This document shows, in pieces, positions 1-9,121 of a DNA stretch of 64,000 bases. The position numbers and the translations under genes are program-made. Numbering within the stretch: the first letter of the stretch is position 1; each line of letters opens with the position of its first letter. Location of the stretch: positions 24,378 to 88,377 of IMG/VR virus record IMGVR_UViG_3300025313_000008, one strand, 5' to 3'. Under the pieces are notes generated by a model. That model saw only the letters and a list, made by a program, of their open reading frames with translations, did no database searches and was not told the origin of the DNA. This DNA is from a virus.

Positions 1-3000
1 CCATTGATTTCCAAGTAATTTCTGTTATTTTAACTTCATTTGCATTAGATTCTAATGAAGTATCTGGATCTCTTAAGAATGCCATTATTGCTCTTTGTCT
101 TTCTCCTATATTCATATCTTTCCATTGCCTATCTGGATATTTATCATCCCACCATTTATGTGCTTGATACATTGTTGATAGTTCTACTTCTATCGCTTTG
201 ACTTCCTTACCAAAATCTCCCCACATATATCTTGCTTCATTGGGTAAGTCTTCCCAATTTCTATATACCAATGGATTTATAGCACTACCTATATCTGCAC
301 CCATACCAAATCCTATGTTCTTTAATTCTTCTGCTTTTTCTTCATATGATGCACCTTTCCACCATGTTTTATCAACTTCTCCATAAAATCCTTTTTGTAT
401 TCTACCAAATGGATATTGTTTGTAATATTGATATTCTATCTTAGGTGGAGTTTTTTCTATTATTTCTTCTTGACTAATATCTTGTCCATTTGCTTCTGGT
501 TCACTATATCCCCTTACACTATCCATTATATTTTTTCCCGTAGGAGCATCTAATGGATCTGTAAATTGATTATAAATAGAATCTAACTCAATAGCTTTTT
601 TTTTGTATGATTCATTTCCTAAAGCAAATCTTACTTGTTCCTGTTCTGTTGGATTAAGAGAAGAAAAACTTCTCCATCCTACATTATCGATACCTAATAA
701 TTCACCTTGTTTATCTCCTTCTAATTTTCCCCATTCTGAAATTATTATAGCATCATCATAGGCATCTTCTTTTGCGTAAGATTCACCAGCATTTTCTTTT
801 CTTTCTTGTTCTTTAAATTCGTTCCATGTATTGGTTATTATAGCTTTATGGTCTTCTGTCATTCCTTCATATGGTATAAGTTTACCTTTTTCAACTAAAT
901 CCTTTGCTACTCCCCAACTCCAATTAGTTCTTTCACGATAATCAACATTTTCGAGTCTAGCATCTATCCAGCTTCTTAATCTAGCATCTCTAGTTTTTGC
1001 TATAGTTTGTGGATCTCCTCTTGGTCTTCCCTCATACGGTCTTCCGTCATAAACTGATACATAGTTATCTATTGGGAAATAGTCTGTTTGTGGATCATAT
1101 CCTGCTCCTGTTTGGCTGTAAATAGATCCTATTTCGGATGCACCATAAGGATATTCTCCACCTAAGTAGTGTGCATTAATGGCACTTCCGCCAGAAAAGT
1201 ATTCAGTTCTTACTGACCATTTTGAGTTAGGATGTTTTTCTTGTAAGTGTAATTTCATTATTGGTGCTTTATATCTTACTCCAAGACCTTCTATATCACC
1301 TCCATTAGTTGGAAATCCCTTCAAACTTGTTACAATGTCTTTCTTTTTCTGATAATAACCTTCAGTTGGATCTCCCATATCCTGTAAGATTTTACTCTTA
1401 ATTGTATCAAATTTCTTTTGGTTTTTTGGTTTATCAACCAATGGTTCAGGCATTGTTGGTGTTATTGGTTCTTCTCTTGGTTTTGGTGTTGGTATATCAT
1501 CTTCTTCTCTCTGTCCTGTATAATAATCTTGATAATCTTTCGTTAATTTTTGTGCATCTTCTCTTTTATTTAATTCTTTTTCTGCGTCAGTTCTTTGATC
1601 CTTACTTGAATATGGATCATCTAAAATCTTATTTAAATCAGAATTTGATTTACTTGATAATCCTCCATCTCCAGTTCCGACACCTTTACTTGTAAATTGT
1701 CCACCTTGATCTCTTGGATGTTCTTCTTCTTTAAAGTTATCTGCTTCACCAATGGGCTCATTGGGGGCTAATAACTGTAGTAATATTGCAATATCTTCTT
1801 CTTCATCTTCGCCTTCTTTTTCCTCTTCTAATTCGTTATCTAGTAGTCTATCTAAAAGTTTAATATCTTTTGGATCATTTACTTCTTCATTTGCCTTTGT
1901 TTCCGAATCAAGTCCTTTTTGTGGTTCCTCATATTCTGTAGGAAAAGTTTTATCTAACCAACCTTTTACATCAGATTTTATATGTGATTCACCTATTTCT
2001 TTTAGCTTACTAGTTCTTTCTGCTTTAGTCATTGTACCCCATTGTATAGGAGTAACTTTTGTGTATCCTCTACCTAATCTTGTTTGTAAGTTGTGTGGAA
2101 GACTTTCCCATGCAAATTCAGAGTGACTTACTTTATATTCTGGCACTTTAACTTCTTCAACTTGTTCATATATTTCATATAATTCTCCTCCTAAAAATGT
2201 AACATCGTTTACATTTACTTTTATTCCATCTTCATATTCGTTATGAACTCCATCTACTCTTACAAAGAATGAATTGTCATCTATCAATGGAATTGCTCCA
2301 ACTTTTCCCGTTTTTCCTGCGTAATCTCCTTTGTTAATCTTAACCTTTCTTCCTTGTCTTTCTGGCTCGAACTCATTCGCTTTTTTATCCAATTCATCCC
2401 ATATATTAGCTGGTGGCTGTGTTCCTGCTGGGGGTCCTGATACACTTATAGTTGATTCTTCATCACCAAATTCTTTCTTAAGTTGTTGATGTATTTTCTT
2501 TTCTTCCTCTTTTGGTTGTTCACCCATTAATTCATGTTCTCTTTTTATCATTTCTTCTGGAGTATGACCATCTATAGCCTCCCCTTTTGGTTTGTCTTTT
2601 GGATTCATGGTATTGCCATAGTCATTCATAAGGTCTTCTATCCACTTATATTCTTTATCTGTTAATTGAGATACTGATTTACCAAATTCTTCTTGTGCCA
2701 TGATTTCCCATGCTTGATCATTCATTTCTTTATTGCTTTTGTAGAAATCTCTTTCTATTGCTATGGATTCATCACTTGCACTTTCTCTAAATAATTCATT
2801 CATTTTTATTTTAAGTGCTTCCTTATGAGCATCAGGCAATTCTTCCCAATCCAGATTTGCCTCAGATATAACAATTCCTTGATGAAATCCTAATGAACCT
2901 AACATTTGCTCTCGCATTCCTGTATCCATTTTTCTCCACATAAATATATATGTCTCTCCTTTTTCTGTTGCATGTGATTCAAACAAAGTTGGTTCTTCAT

Positions 3001-3532
3001 CAAGCATTGCATTAAACTTTTTAGTTATTGTATCTTGTTGTTCCCAACTAAGTTCATTCCAATGAGTACTATAACCTTTTAATCCCCATTGCCATTCAGC
3101 ATCCTTCCATCCTTCTTCTTCCCACCATTCTTTTGCTGTTGGATTCTTTTCATTTGCATATGATTCTTCGTTTTTTGGATGTCTTTGTTCATATTCAAAG
3201 TCAGCTTGATCATTTAAGCTATATTCACGAACTAGGTGGTCTTCGTATTTCTCTCCATGTGTTTTTGCTTCTGTTGGTGAAGAAAACTCTTTTTTACATG
3301 TGTTGCACCACCAACCTCTACCTTCGCTTTTCACATCGCTTCCAATATAAGTTTCATTAATGTCTTCTTGTCCTTTTTGATATTCATATGGAGTAGAAGG
3401 ATCTTTTTCTGCCTTCATTCTTATTCTTGCTCTTTCTAATTCCTCTGGATCATAGTCACTTTGAGTCTGTGATTCTGGCTTGTCGCCTTCCGTATAATCC
3501 CATCTTCCTTCGTCTGATTCATATTCTGTCAT
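1..3532 (-). CDS. Giant acidic modular (polyvalent-type) protein, >1170 aa, truncated at the window edge; absent from the ORF track
   Basis: Hand translation from ATG at 3532 (MTEYESDEGRWDY...) is stop-free to position 2. It contains a C2H2-like finger (CNTCKKEF...H...H), a KOW-like motif (KVKINKGDYAGKTGKV), an HPRDQGGQF motif, an LPD29-like segment and repeated E-S-x-A-x-E linkers. Confidence 0.9.
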   Translation of the reverse strand, partial: MTEYESDEGRWDYTEGDKPESQTQSDYDPEELERARIRMKAEKDPSTPYEYQKGQEDINETYIGSDVKSEGRGWWCNTCKKEFSSPTEAKTHGEKYEDHLVREYSLNDQADFEYEQRHPKNEESYANEKNPTAKEWWEEEGWKDAEWQWGLKGYSTHWNELSWEQQDTITKKFNAMLDEEPTLFESHATEKGETYIFMWRKMDTGMREQMLGSLGFHQGIVISEANLDWEELPDAHKEALKIKMNELFRESASDESIAIERDFYKSNKEMNDQAWEIMAQEEFGKSVSQLTDKEYKWIEDLMNDYGNTMNPKDKPKGEAIDGHTPEEMIKREHELMGEQPKEEEKKIHQQLKKEFGDEESTISVSGPPAGTQPPANIWDELDKKANEFEPERQGRKVKINKGDYAGKTGKVGAIPLIDDNSFFVRVDGVHNEYEDGIKVNVNDVTFLGGELYEIYEQVEEVKVPEYKVSHSEFAWESLPHNLQTRLGRGYTKVTPIQWGTMTKAERTSKLKEIGESHIKSDVKGWLDKTFPTEYEEPQKGLDSETKANEEVNDPKDIKLLDRLLDNELEEEKEGEDEEEDIAILLQLLAPNEPIGEADNFKEEEHPRDQGGQFTSKGVGTGDGGLSSKSNSDLNKILDDPYSSKDQRTDAEKELNKREDAQKLTKDYQDYYTGQREEDDIPTPKPREEPITPTMPEPLVDKPKNQKKFDTIKSKILQDMGDPTEGYYQKKKDIVTSLKGFPTNGGDIEGLGVRYKAPIMKLHLQEKHPNSKWSVRTEYFSGGSAINAHYLGGEYPYGASEIGSIYSQTGAGYDPQTDYFPIDNYVSVYDGRPYEGRPRGDPQTIAKTRDARLRSWIDARLENVDYRERTNWSWGVAKDLVEKGKLIPYEGMTEDHKAIITNTWNEFKEQERKENAGESYAKEDAYDDAIIISEWGKLEGDKQGELLGIDNVGWRSFSSLNPTEQEQVRFALGNESYKKKAIELDSIYNQFTDPLDAPTGKNIMDSVRGYSEPEANGQDISQEEIIEKTPPKIEYQYYKQYPFGRIQKGFYGEVDKTWWKGASYEEKAEELKNIGFGMGADIGSAINPLVYRNWEDLPNEARYMWGDFGKEVKAIEVELSTMYQAHKWWDDKYPDRQWKDMNIGERQRAIMAFLRDPDTSLESNANEVKITEITWKSM
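1040..1265 (-). other. LPD29-like domain within the giant ORF
   Basis: IMKLHLQEKHPNSKWSVRTEYFSGGSAINAHY...YDPQTDYF resembles, from memory, the LPD29 pattern (LK..FP..KFSVR...YSGGSSI.V...FD...DY). Confidence 0.6.
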
Positions 3533-3538
3533 TATTTA

Positions 3539-6376
3539 TCACCTTGGATTACTTGTGGTTTGGTTAACCCAAGCATTAACACCTTCATCATAATCACTCG
3601 CTGTTTTATCATCATCTTTTTTTCTTCCACTTCCGGGTCCTCCTTCATCAACTGCCACATCGCCATGTTCTTCTAGTCTATGATTTTCCATTTTATCAAC
3701 ATTAATTAATTTTCCACATTCGGGACATTCTTTTGTATATTGTCCACTAATTTCATTTGCTCTTGTTTCATTGATATACGCACCTTCGTCTTGTAAAGCT
3801 CTAACTGCCTCTTTTCTATCTATTCCATTATCCAATAGAAATTGTAAAGCACCTTCTGCGTCTTGTGGTGCATCTTCTCCAAATTGTTTGTTCCAAACAT
3901 CAAGTAAATGATCTGCTCTTGCTTCATTGCCTTTCATATATTTTGTTCTATCAGTTCCGGGTTCAATACCAGTACCATTACATCTATTACATTTGGGTCC
4001 ACGACCACTATCATAATCTGTCGGGTACATTCCCACTCCACTACACTGTTTACATGAATATTCATATCCAACCGGTACTCCTAAATGACTACCATCAGGT
4101 AAAAAATTCCCAGCTTCATCTGCACCATCACGATTAGATATATCATCACCATGCTGAAGTCTCCAAACATAATTGTTCCAATACCATTCACCGCTATATT
4201 CATCCATTACTGGATTCTTTGCTCCTAATGCTCTAACTTCTTCTTCTGTGTAAGTTTTATAAAAAGCTTCATCTGGAATTGCTTCCCCTGCTTTTGATTC
4301 AGGACCAAACCAAATTCCCATTTGTTCTAATTCTTCTGGCGATTTGTTGCCATATTTTTTCTTAAGTTTTGCTCTTATGCCCATCATTCCTTGAATAAAC
4401 TCATCATTGCTTAAATCATCCTTATCTGCTTCTTCAAACTTACTTTTTGGCATAGTTACTGTAGTAGAAAATCCCATATCGTGATGTCCTGTTTCATTTT
4501 CATGCTTGCTTGCTCCACTTGCGTCTTCAAATTGTGCTCCACAATTATCACATTGCCACTTGGCTTCTGTTGCTATTGATTCAATTATACTCCCTGTTGA
4601 AATACCCCGATTGTTTAACTCTTTCCTACATGCGTTAATTTCGCCCGTTAGAGCCCAAAGACCTCCTTGTGTTTTAAGTGTTGGTAATTTATCTTCAGCT
4701 CTTTGAAGTCGTCTTTGTAGTTCTTCTGTGCTTAAACTAGAATAATCAGATTCCTCTGCTTTTGCTTCATTTCCCAAACCACATTTTGGACATGACCTAC
4801 CAATAGGATTTCCATATTCGTCTTTTTTTGTGGTTACTTTCTTGTTACCACATCTAGGACAAGCCCAATTATAATCAAACTCTTCTTTTGCTTCAAATGT
4901 AATTCCATGATCAAGTAGATGATCACCAACAGATTTTCCATATGGTAGTTTTACACCACATTTACTGCAAGTCCATTCGTCATATGCTTCATTTAAAAAT
5001 TGTTGATAAGCTTTACTTTGGCTGTAACCTTTTCCTATTCTTTCTCCACTTTCACAATCAATCTCATATCCCTCCCAATCAAAACATTGTTGGCTCACAA
5101 CGTGAACTGGATCTCCTTCTACAACTGGTCTATCTTTTGCTTCATTACCAACTTTTGATCTAATATAATCTAACATTTCGTCATGGTTTGCTCCTTTTAC
5201 TTGTTTCAAAATGTTTGCTGGTAAATGTACATTTTCATCCCAACCACCAAGCGAACCAATTACATTATAATCTTCTTTACCATGCTTTTCAATATATTTA
5301 TCAAGTGCTTGTTTATGTGAATCATTTAAACTTGAACTTCCACCAACACTTGAAAATTTTCCATCGTCTGCGTGGTTTGGATTTGCTTCAGAATAAAAGT
5401 CAGAACCTAAAGAATCAAAATCGGTATCTGCCATTGCTCCTTGAATTCCAGTTTGTGTGTATTGGCTTGGAATATGAACACCATGTTCTTGTTCCATGTG
5501 CCAATCTAATGTTTCTGGTTCCTTAATTTTTTCCTTACAAAAAGGGCATTCATCATCTAATCCTTGTTCATTAGCTTTTTTTTTATAGTCGGGTGAATCG
5601 TGGTATTTTTCTATATCATAAAAGTCTCTATATGCTTCATTAATCTCTTTTTCTTCATCATCTTTTACCGGTTTATCCATAATTCCTTTATGTAAAGCAT
5701 ACAAATCTTCATCATTATCTATTACCAAATCTTCTTCTTTTGCATATGCTTCTGAAGCATCTTTCTTAAGTTGTGGAGATAAGTTATACCAATCTAAATT
5801 AGCTAATGTATATGCACTGCCTTGATTAATGCCAAGAGATTCAAATAATTGTGCTTTCTTTTCTTTTTCTATTATTCCCCATGATTCTCCTAAACTGTCT
5901 ACTTTTCTTATATTATCAAATGAACCTTCTTTACTTGAATCTTTATCTTCATATCCACAAACTGTACAATATTTTCCAGATTTACTTCCATATAATGTAT
6001 GTCTATCACAACTTGGACAATCTCCAATAGGATCTCCTTCTTTTCCTTCTTTTTTTAGTCTTTCTTTCCTTGCTTTATCATCGCGCCAATCATGACCAAA
6101 TTGCTGTTTGTATTGATAATCATCCATACTATCTTCGTTTGCATTTGCTTCACTTGATATTACTCCATTACCTAAACATCTTGGACAATCTTCGGTTTCG
6201 CCGTTAGAAGATACGCTACCTGAGCCATGACATGAAGGACATGTTTTTTCTTCTGCCTTTTTTAAACAAAATACTTCTGAATAAATATTGTTCATTGCTT
6301 CATGAGCTTGTGCTACATGATCTTTATATTCTTCTTCAATTTCAAACTCTTTTCCGCAAACTCCACATTCAATCAT
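3539..6376 (-). CDS. 945-aa multi-zinc-finger acidic modular protein (probable internal head polyprotein)
   Basis: About nine CxxC-based modules (C2H2-like, DnaJ-like CxxCxGxG, ribbons) are separated by EANANE, EAYAKE, GNEAKAEE, ESIATE, ESKAGE and ETRANE linkers. Its stop lies 6 nt from the next ATG. Confidence 0.85.
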   Translation of the reverse strand: MIECGVCGKEFEIEEEYKDHVAQAHEAMNNIYSEVFCLKKAEEKTCPSCHGSGSVSSNGETEDCPRCLGNGVISSEANANEDSMDDYQYKQQFGHDWRDDKARKERLKKEGKEGDPIGDCPSCDRHTLYGSKSGKYCTVCGYEDKDSSKEGSFDNIRKVDSLGESWGIIEKEKKAQLFESLGINQGSAYTLANLDWYNLSPQLKKDASEAYAKEEDLVIDNDEDLYALHKGIMDKPVKDDEEKEINEAYRDFYDIEKYHDSPDYKKKANEQGLDDECPFCKEKIKEPETLDWHMEQEHGVHIPSQYTQTGIQGAMADTDFDSLGSDFYSEANPNHADDGKFSSVGGSSSLNDSHKQALDKYIEKHGKEDYNVIGSLGGWDENVHLPANILKQVKGANHDEMLDYIRSKVGNEAKDRPVVEGDPVHVVSQQCFDWEGYEIDCESGERIGKGYSQSKAYQQFLNEAYDEWTCSKCGVKLPYGKSVGDHLLDHGITFEAKEEFDYNWACPRCGNKKVTTKKDEYGNPIGRSCPKCGLGNEAKAEESDYSSLSTEELQRRLQRAEDKLPTLKTQGGLWALTGEINACRKELNNRGISTGSIIESIATEAKWQCDNCGAQFEDASGASKHENETGHHDMGFSTTVTMPKSKFEEADKDDLSNDEFIQGMMGIRAKLKKKYGNKSPEELEQMGIWFGPESKAGEAIPDEAFYKTYTEEEVRALGAKNPVMDEYSGEWYWNNYVWRLQHGDDISNRDGADEAGNFLPDGSHLGVPVGYEYSCKQCSGVGMYPTDYDSGRGPKCNRCNGTGIEPGTDRTKYMKGNEARADHLLDVWNKQFGEDAPQDAEGALQFLLDNGIDRKEAVRALQDEGAYINETRANEISGQYTKECPECGKLINVDKMENHRLEEHGDVAVDEGGPGSGRKKDDDKTASDYDEGVNAWVNQTTSNPR

Positions 6377-7994
6377 AATTCACACCTGTAGTATTCTTTT
6401 TGGCTTCACCGGCATATAGCCTCATTTCACCAATCTCGGCTTGATTACATTCAGATAGCCTTTTTCCAAACAAAGTATTTGCTACTCTGTCGTCATCTGA
6501 AACTTCAACGCCTCTTATTTTGCTTATGGCGTCTTCGTATTCTAAACCATGATTAATAAATAGTTCTCTTGCTATTTTATCTTCGTGATAACCGTTAAGT
6601 TTTCTGTTGTAGATTACTTCATCAACAGTTTCTGTTACTACAGGTACATCTAATGCACCTTCCATGATATCTGCTAGTGATTCTCCACCTTTTGTTTTAT
6701 TACCTATATAGGATGATAAAGTTCTTGCTTCACTAGCTTTTATATTATCTTTTTCATCAATATTATATTCTTGTGCTTCTACTTCTATTACACTCATATC
6801 TACTTCATTAAGTAAGTCTGGCACTTTTTTGTTTGAATGTGATTCTAATCCATATTTGTTAATTTGTGCATTTGCTATTTTCATTGCTCTATCCCTTGAA
6901 TATTCTGGATTTTCTCTTTGAATCGCATCTGCCATTTCTGTATGTTTGCCTGTGTGTTCTTCTTCTGAAATATCTTCTTCTGCTACTTTATCGCCAAAGT
7001 AAGTATCAAAGTCATTATGTTCATGTGGATGCTCTGGATCATAATGTTGATGTATTGGTTTCTCTTCTTTTACTTGTTCATCATATTCATCTGGCTGTGT
7101 TTCCCCTGCACCAAGTTTTAACAATGTCTTAAATAAAAGTGGTCTATTAACAGAATCTAATATTCTTAATGTTCTTGGATGTAATTCACTTGCAGTAACT
7201 TTTTGTGCTACTTCATTTGCATAAATATCTCTATTGGTTTGACTCTTTTCTACATCTTTGGTTGATTCCCATCCGTATTTATTTAGAATTTCTTCTTCAA
7301 CTTCAATTAAAAGACTTGCTTCTGAGGCAGGTCTTCCTTCTTGTTCATATGGTGTTCTTGTTCCTTTTCTGAATAATTTATTGTCATAAAAATAATGATT
7401 TGGATTATCGTCATATTCCTTTCTTCCTTTTGGAAGTTTTGGTGTTGTTATTGTAGGACCTTCTTCTTGTGGAAATGTTTGCCTTGCAGATTCCCCTCTT
7501 ATCACTCGTCTCGCCCAACTTAAATTATCTTTTGTTAAATCTGGATCAATATCAAGTGATCTGAAATAAGCTTCTTGGCTTTCTGTTTCACTTTCCTCAT
7601 TGTCATGGTTCACTTTTCTGTGAACTCTAAAGTCTTCTTCTGCAGTAAATGTTTCCTCACAATCCTTACATTTGTATCTATTGTCTCCATCTACTTCATA
7701 TACATTTGCTCCATAAGAATCACTAAAGTATCCCATTTCATGCAATCTATTAGAAACATAGAATTGAACTGTTGGAGGAAGTGAATAATAACTCATATTT
7801 TCGTATGAGCTACTTTTCAAATCCTTTTGGTATACATTTTTTGTGTTATTAGAAATGTTTGTCTCTGTCCCCACATTCTGACCTAAAATTGTGGTTCTTG
7901 TCTCCGGACTTAATTCGTTCCAAAGTTCACCTTCACTTACCATCTCTAAGGATGGCGTATCATTGCTGATATCACTATATGAAGGGTCAGACAT
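6369..7994 (-). CDS. 541-aa acidic modular protein with C2H2 finger (probable head-associated protein)
   Basis: CKDCEETF...HRKVNH finger, helical AIQRENPEYSRDRAMKIANAQ module and several AxE/SxE motifs. It is the first gene behind a capsid-type promoter. Confidence 0.8.
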   Translation of the reverse strand: MSDPSYSDISNDTPSLEMVSEGELWNELSPETRTTILGQNVGTETNISNNTKNVYQKDLKSSSYENMSYYSLPPTVQFYVSNRLHEMGYFSDSYGANVYEVDGDNRYKCKDCEETFTAEEDFRVHRKVNHDNEESETESQEAYFRSLDIDPDLTKDNLSWARRVIRGESARQTFPQEEGPTITTPKLPKGRKEYDDNPNHYFYDNKLFRKGTRTPYEQEGRPASEASLLIEVEEEILNKYGWESTKDVEKSQTNRDIYANEVAQKVTASELHPRTLRILDSVNRPLLFKTLLKLGAGETQPDEYDEQVKEEKPIHQHYDPEHPHEHNDFDTYFGDKVAEEDISEEEHTGKHTEMADAIQRENPEYSRDRAMKIANAQINKYGLESHSNKKVPDLLNEVDMSVIEVEAQEYNIDEKDNIKASEARTLSSYIGNKTKGGESLADIMEGALDVPVVTETVDEVIYNRKLNGYHEDKIARELFINHGLEYEDAISKIRGVEVSDDDRVANTLFGKRLSECNQAEIGEMRLYAGEAKKNTTGVNYD

Positions 7995-8014
7995 AAATTT
8001 AATTAGATTTTCTA

Positions 8015-8026
8015 CTTTATAAGCAT
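8015..8026 (-). promoter_or_regulatory. Late-type TATA promoter ATGCTTATAAAG
   Basis: Identical 12-mer to the capsid promoter core (35376..35387), 21 nt upstream of ATG 7994. Confidence 0.7.
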
Positions 8027-8061
8027 ATACTAAAATTATTGCAATATAAGCATTTCTATAC

Positions 8062-8712
8062 CTAAATATTAGTTGTAATCAATACTTCTGGATATTTACC
8101 ACTTACCACATATTCGCTTTTTACCAATTTGTTTCTAAACCCCGATTTAAGCATTGTTTTGTTCTCTTTACGTGTTGTAATTATGAATTTTCCTTTCATG
8201 TTCTTACAAAGTTCTATGACTTCTTCATCGTACTTTCTTACACTTTCCCTATTAAAACATGAAAATTTCTGTAGATAATAGCTTTTGTTCCATGGTGGAT
8301 CAATAAGAAAGAACGTATATTCGTCATCCCAATGCTTCATACAATCAACAAAATCGTCATTAGATATAAATGCTGATGATAGGAACTCTTTGTATAACCA
8401 TACGCGAATAAAATTTGATTTGTCGTTTAAAACTGCCGTTTGAATTCTAAATCCATCTTTTCTTTTTAATGCTTCTTGATAAACCTTGGCTGTTCCAGCA
8501 AATGGTTCTACATAAGTGATACATGGCGATGGTATCATTTGTGCTATTTTTCTTGCCGTACCAGCCAGACCCGGATAACCAGCCCATCGCTTTTTGTCGT
8601 CTATCCTTGGTAAGTGTATTGATTTTTGACCTAACCTATTAGTTATTGTAATTGGTATATATTCACCAATTTTTTCGGATTTTGTTTTTATTCCCCTCCA
8701 CTTAGAATTCAT
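8062..8712 (-). CDS. Compact DNA adenine methyltransferase (Dam/D12-like)
   Basis: YPG, YVEPFAG (SAM-binding motif I), LNDK and FLIDPPW (motif IV) in alpha-class order. Confidence 0.85.
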   Translation of the reverse strand: MNSKWRGIKTKSEKIGEYIPITITNRLGQKSIHLPRIDDKKRWAGYPGLAGTARKIAQMIPSPCITYVEPFAGTAKVYQEALKRKDGFRIQTAVLNDKSNFIRVWLYKEFLSSAFISNDDFVDCMKHWDDEYTFFLIDPPWNKSYYLQKFSCFNRESVRKYDEEVIELCKNMKGKFIITTRKENKTMLKSGFRNKLVKSEYVVSGKYPEVLITTNI

Positions 8713-9121
8713 ATCGCTTCACAAAATAGTCAAACAGCCCTTGATATTCCTTTATTGGATGTACTTTAGTTTCCATTAGTGAAATTATCTTAAAGTCCTC
8801 GTTAATCATTAATACTGGAGCACCTTCCATAAGTGCTCTTATAGCCATACGAATGTCTTTTGTAACTAAAACCCAACCACTTTCTTTTACCCATCGAATA
8901 AGCAATCTATCATCAGTTCCACGTTTGAACTTCTTTTTACTATTCATTATCTTATATTGTGGAAACATTTCAATATCTTCATTGGACATTGCGGTGTTTT
9001 CATCAATAAGAAATCCTTTTGGTTTCCAACCAAGTCTAAAATTCTTTTGAATCCTAGTTTCGCCCGGTCTTAATTTGCCTCCAGCATAAAATATATCTTT
9101 TTTACCGAATCCTAAGACCAT
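8702..9121 (-). CDS. PIN-like domain protein (DUF5615/VapC45-like)
   Basis: FLIDEN ... GTDD.LL.W ... VLVTKD acidic tetrad pattern. Confidence 0.7.
   Translation of the reverse strand: MVLGFGKKDIFYAGGKLRPGETRIQKNFRLGWKPKGFLIDENTAMSNEDIEMFPQYKIMNSKKKFKRGTDDRLLIRWVKESGWVLVTKDIRMAIRALMEGAPVLMINEDFKIISLMETKVHPIKEYQGLFDYFVKRYEF

Noticed and set aside
198-3360. Plus-strand ORFs at 198, 1402, 1752 and 3133, including hydrophobic L/F-rich ones
   Set aside because: All lie opposite the long minus-strand ORF <1..3532; their Leu/Phe/Ser richness mirrors its Glu/Lys codons.
8062-8712. Assigning GATC specificity to the methyltransferase
   Set aside because: GATC sites are plentiful, but the protein lacks a recognisable Dam target-recognition domain; specificity cannot be read from the sequence.
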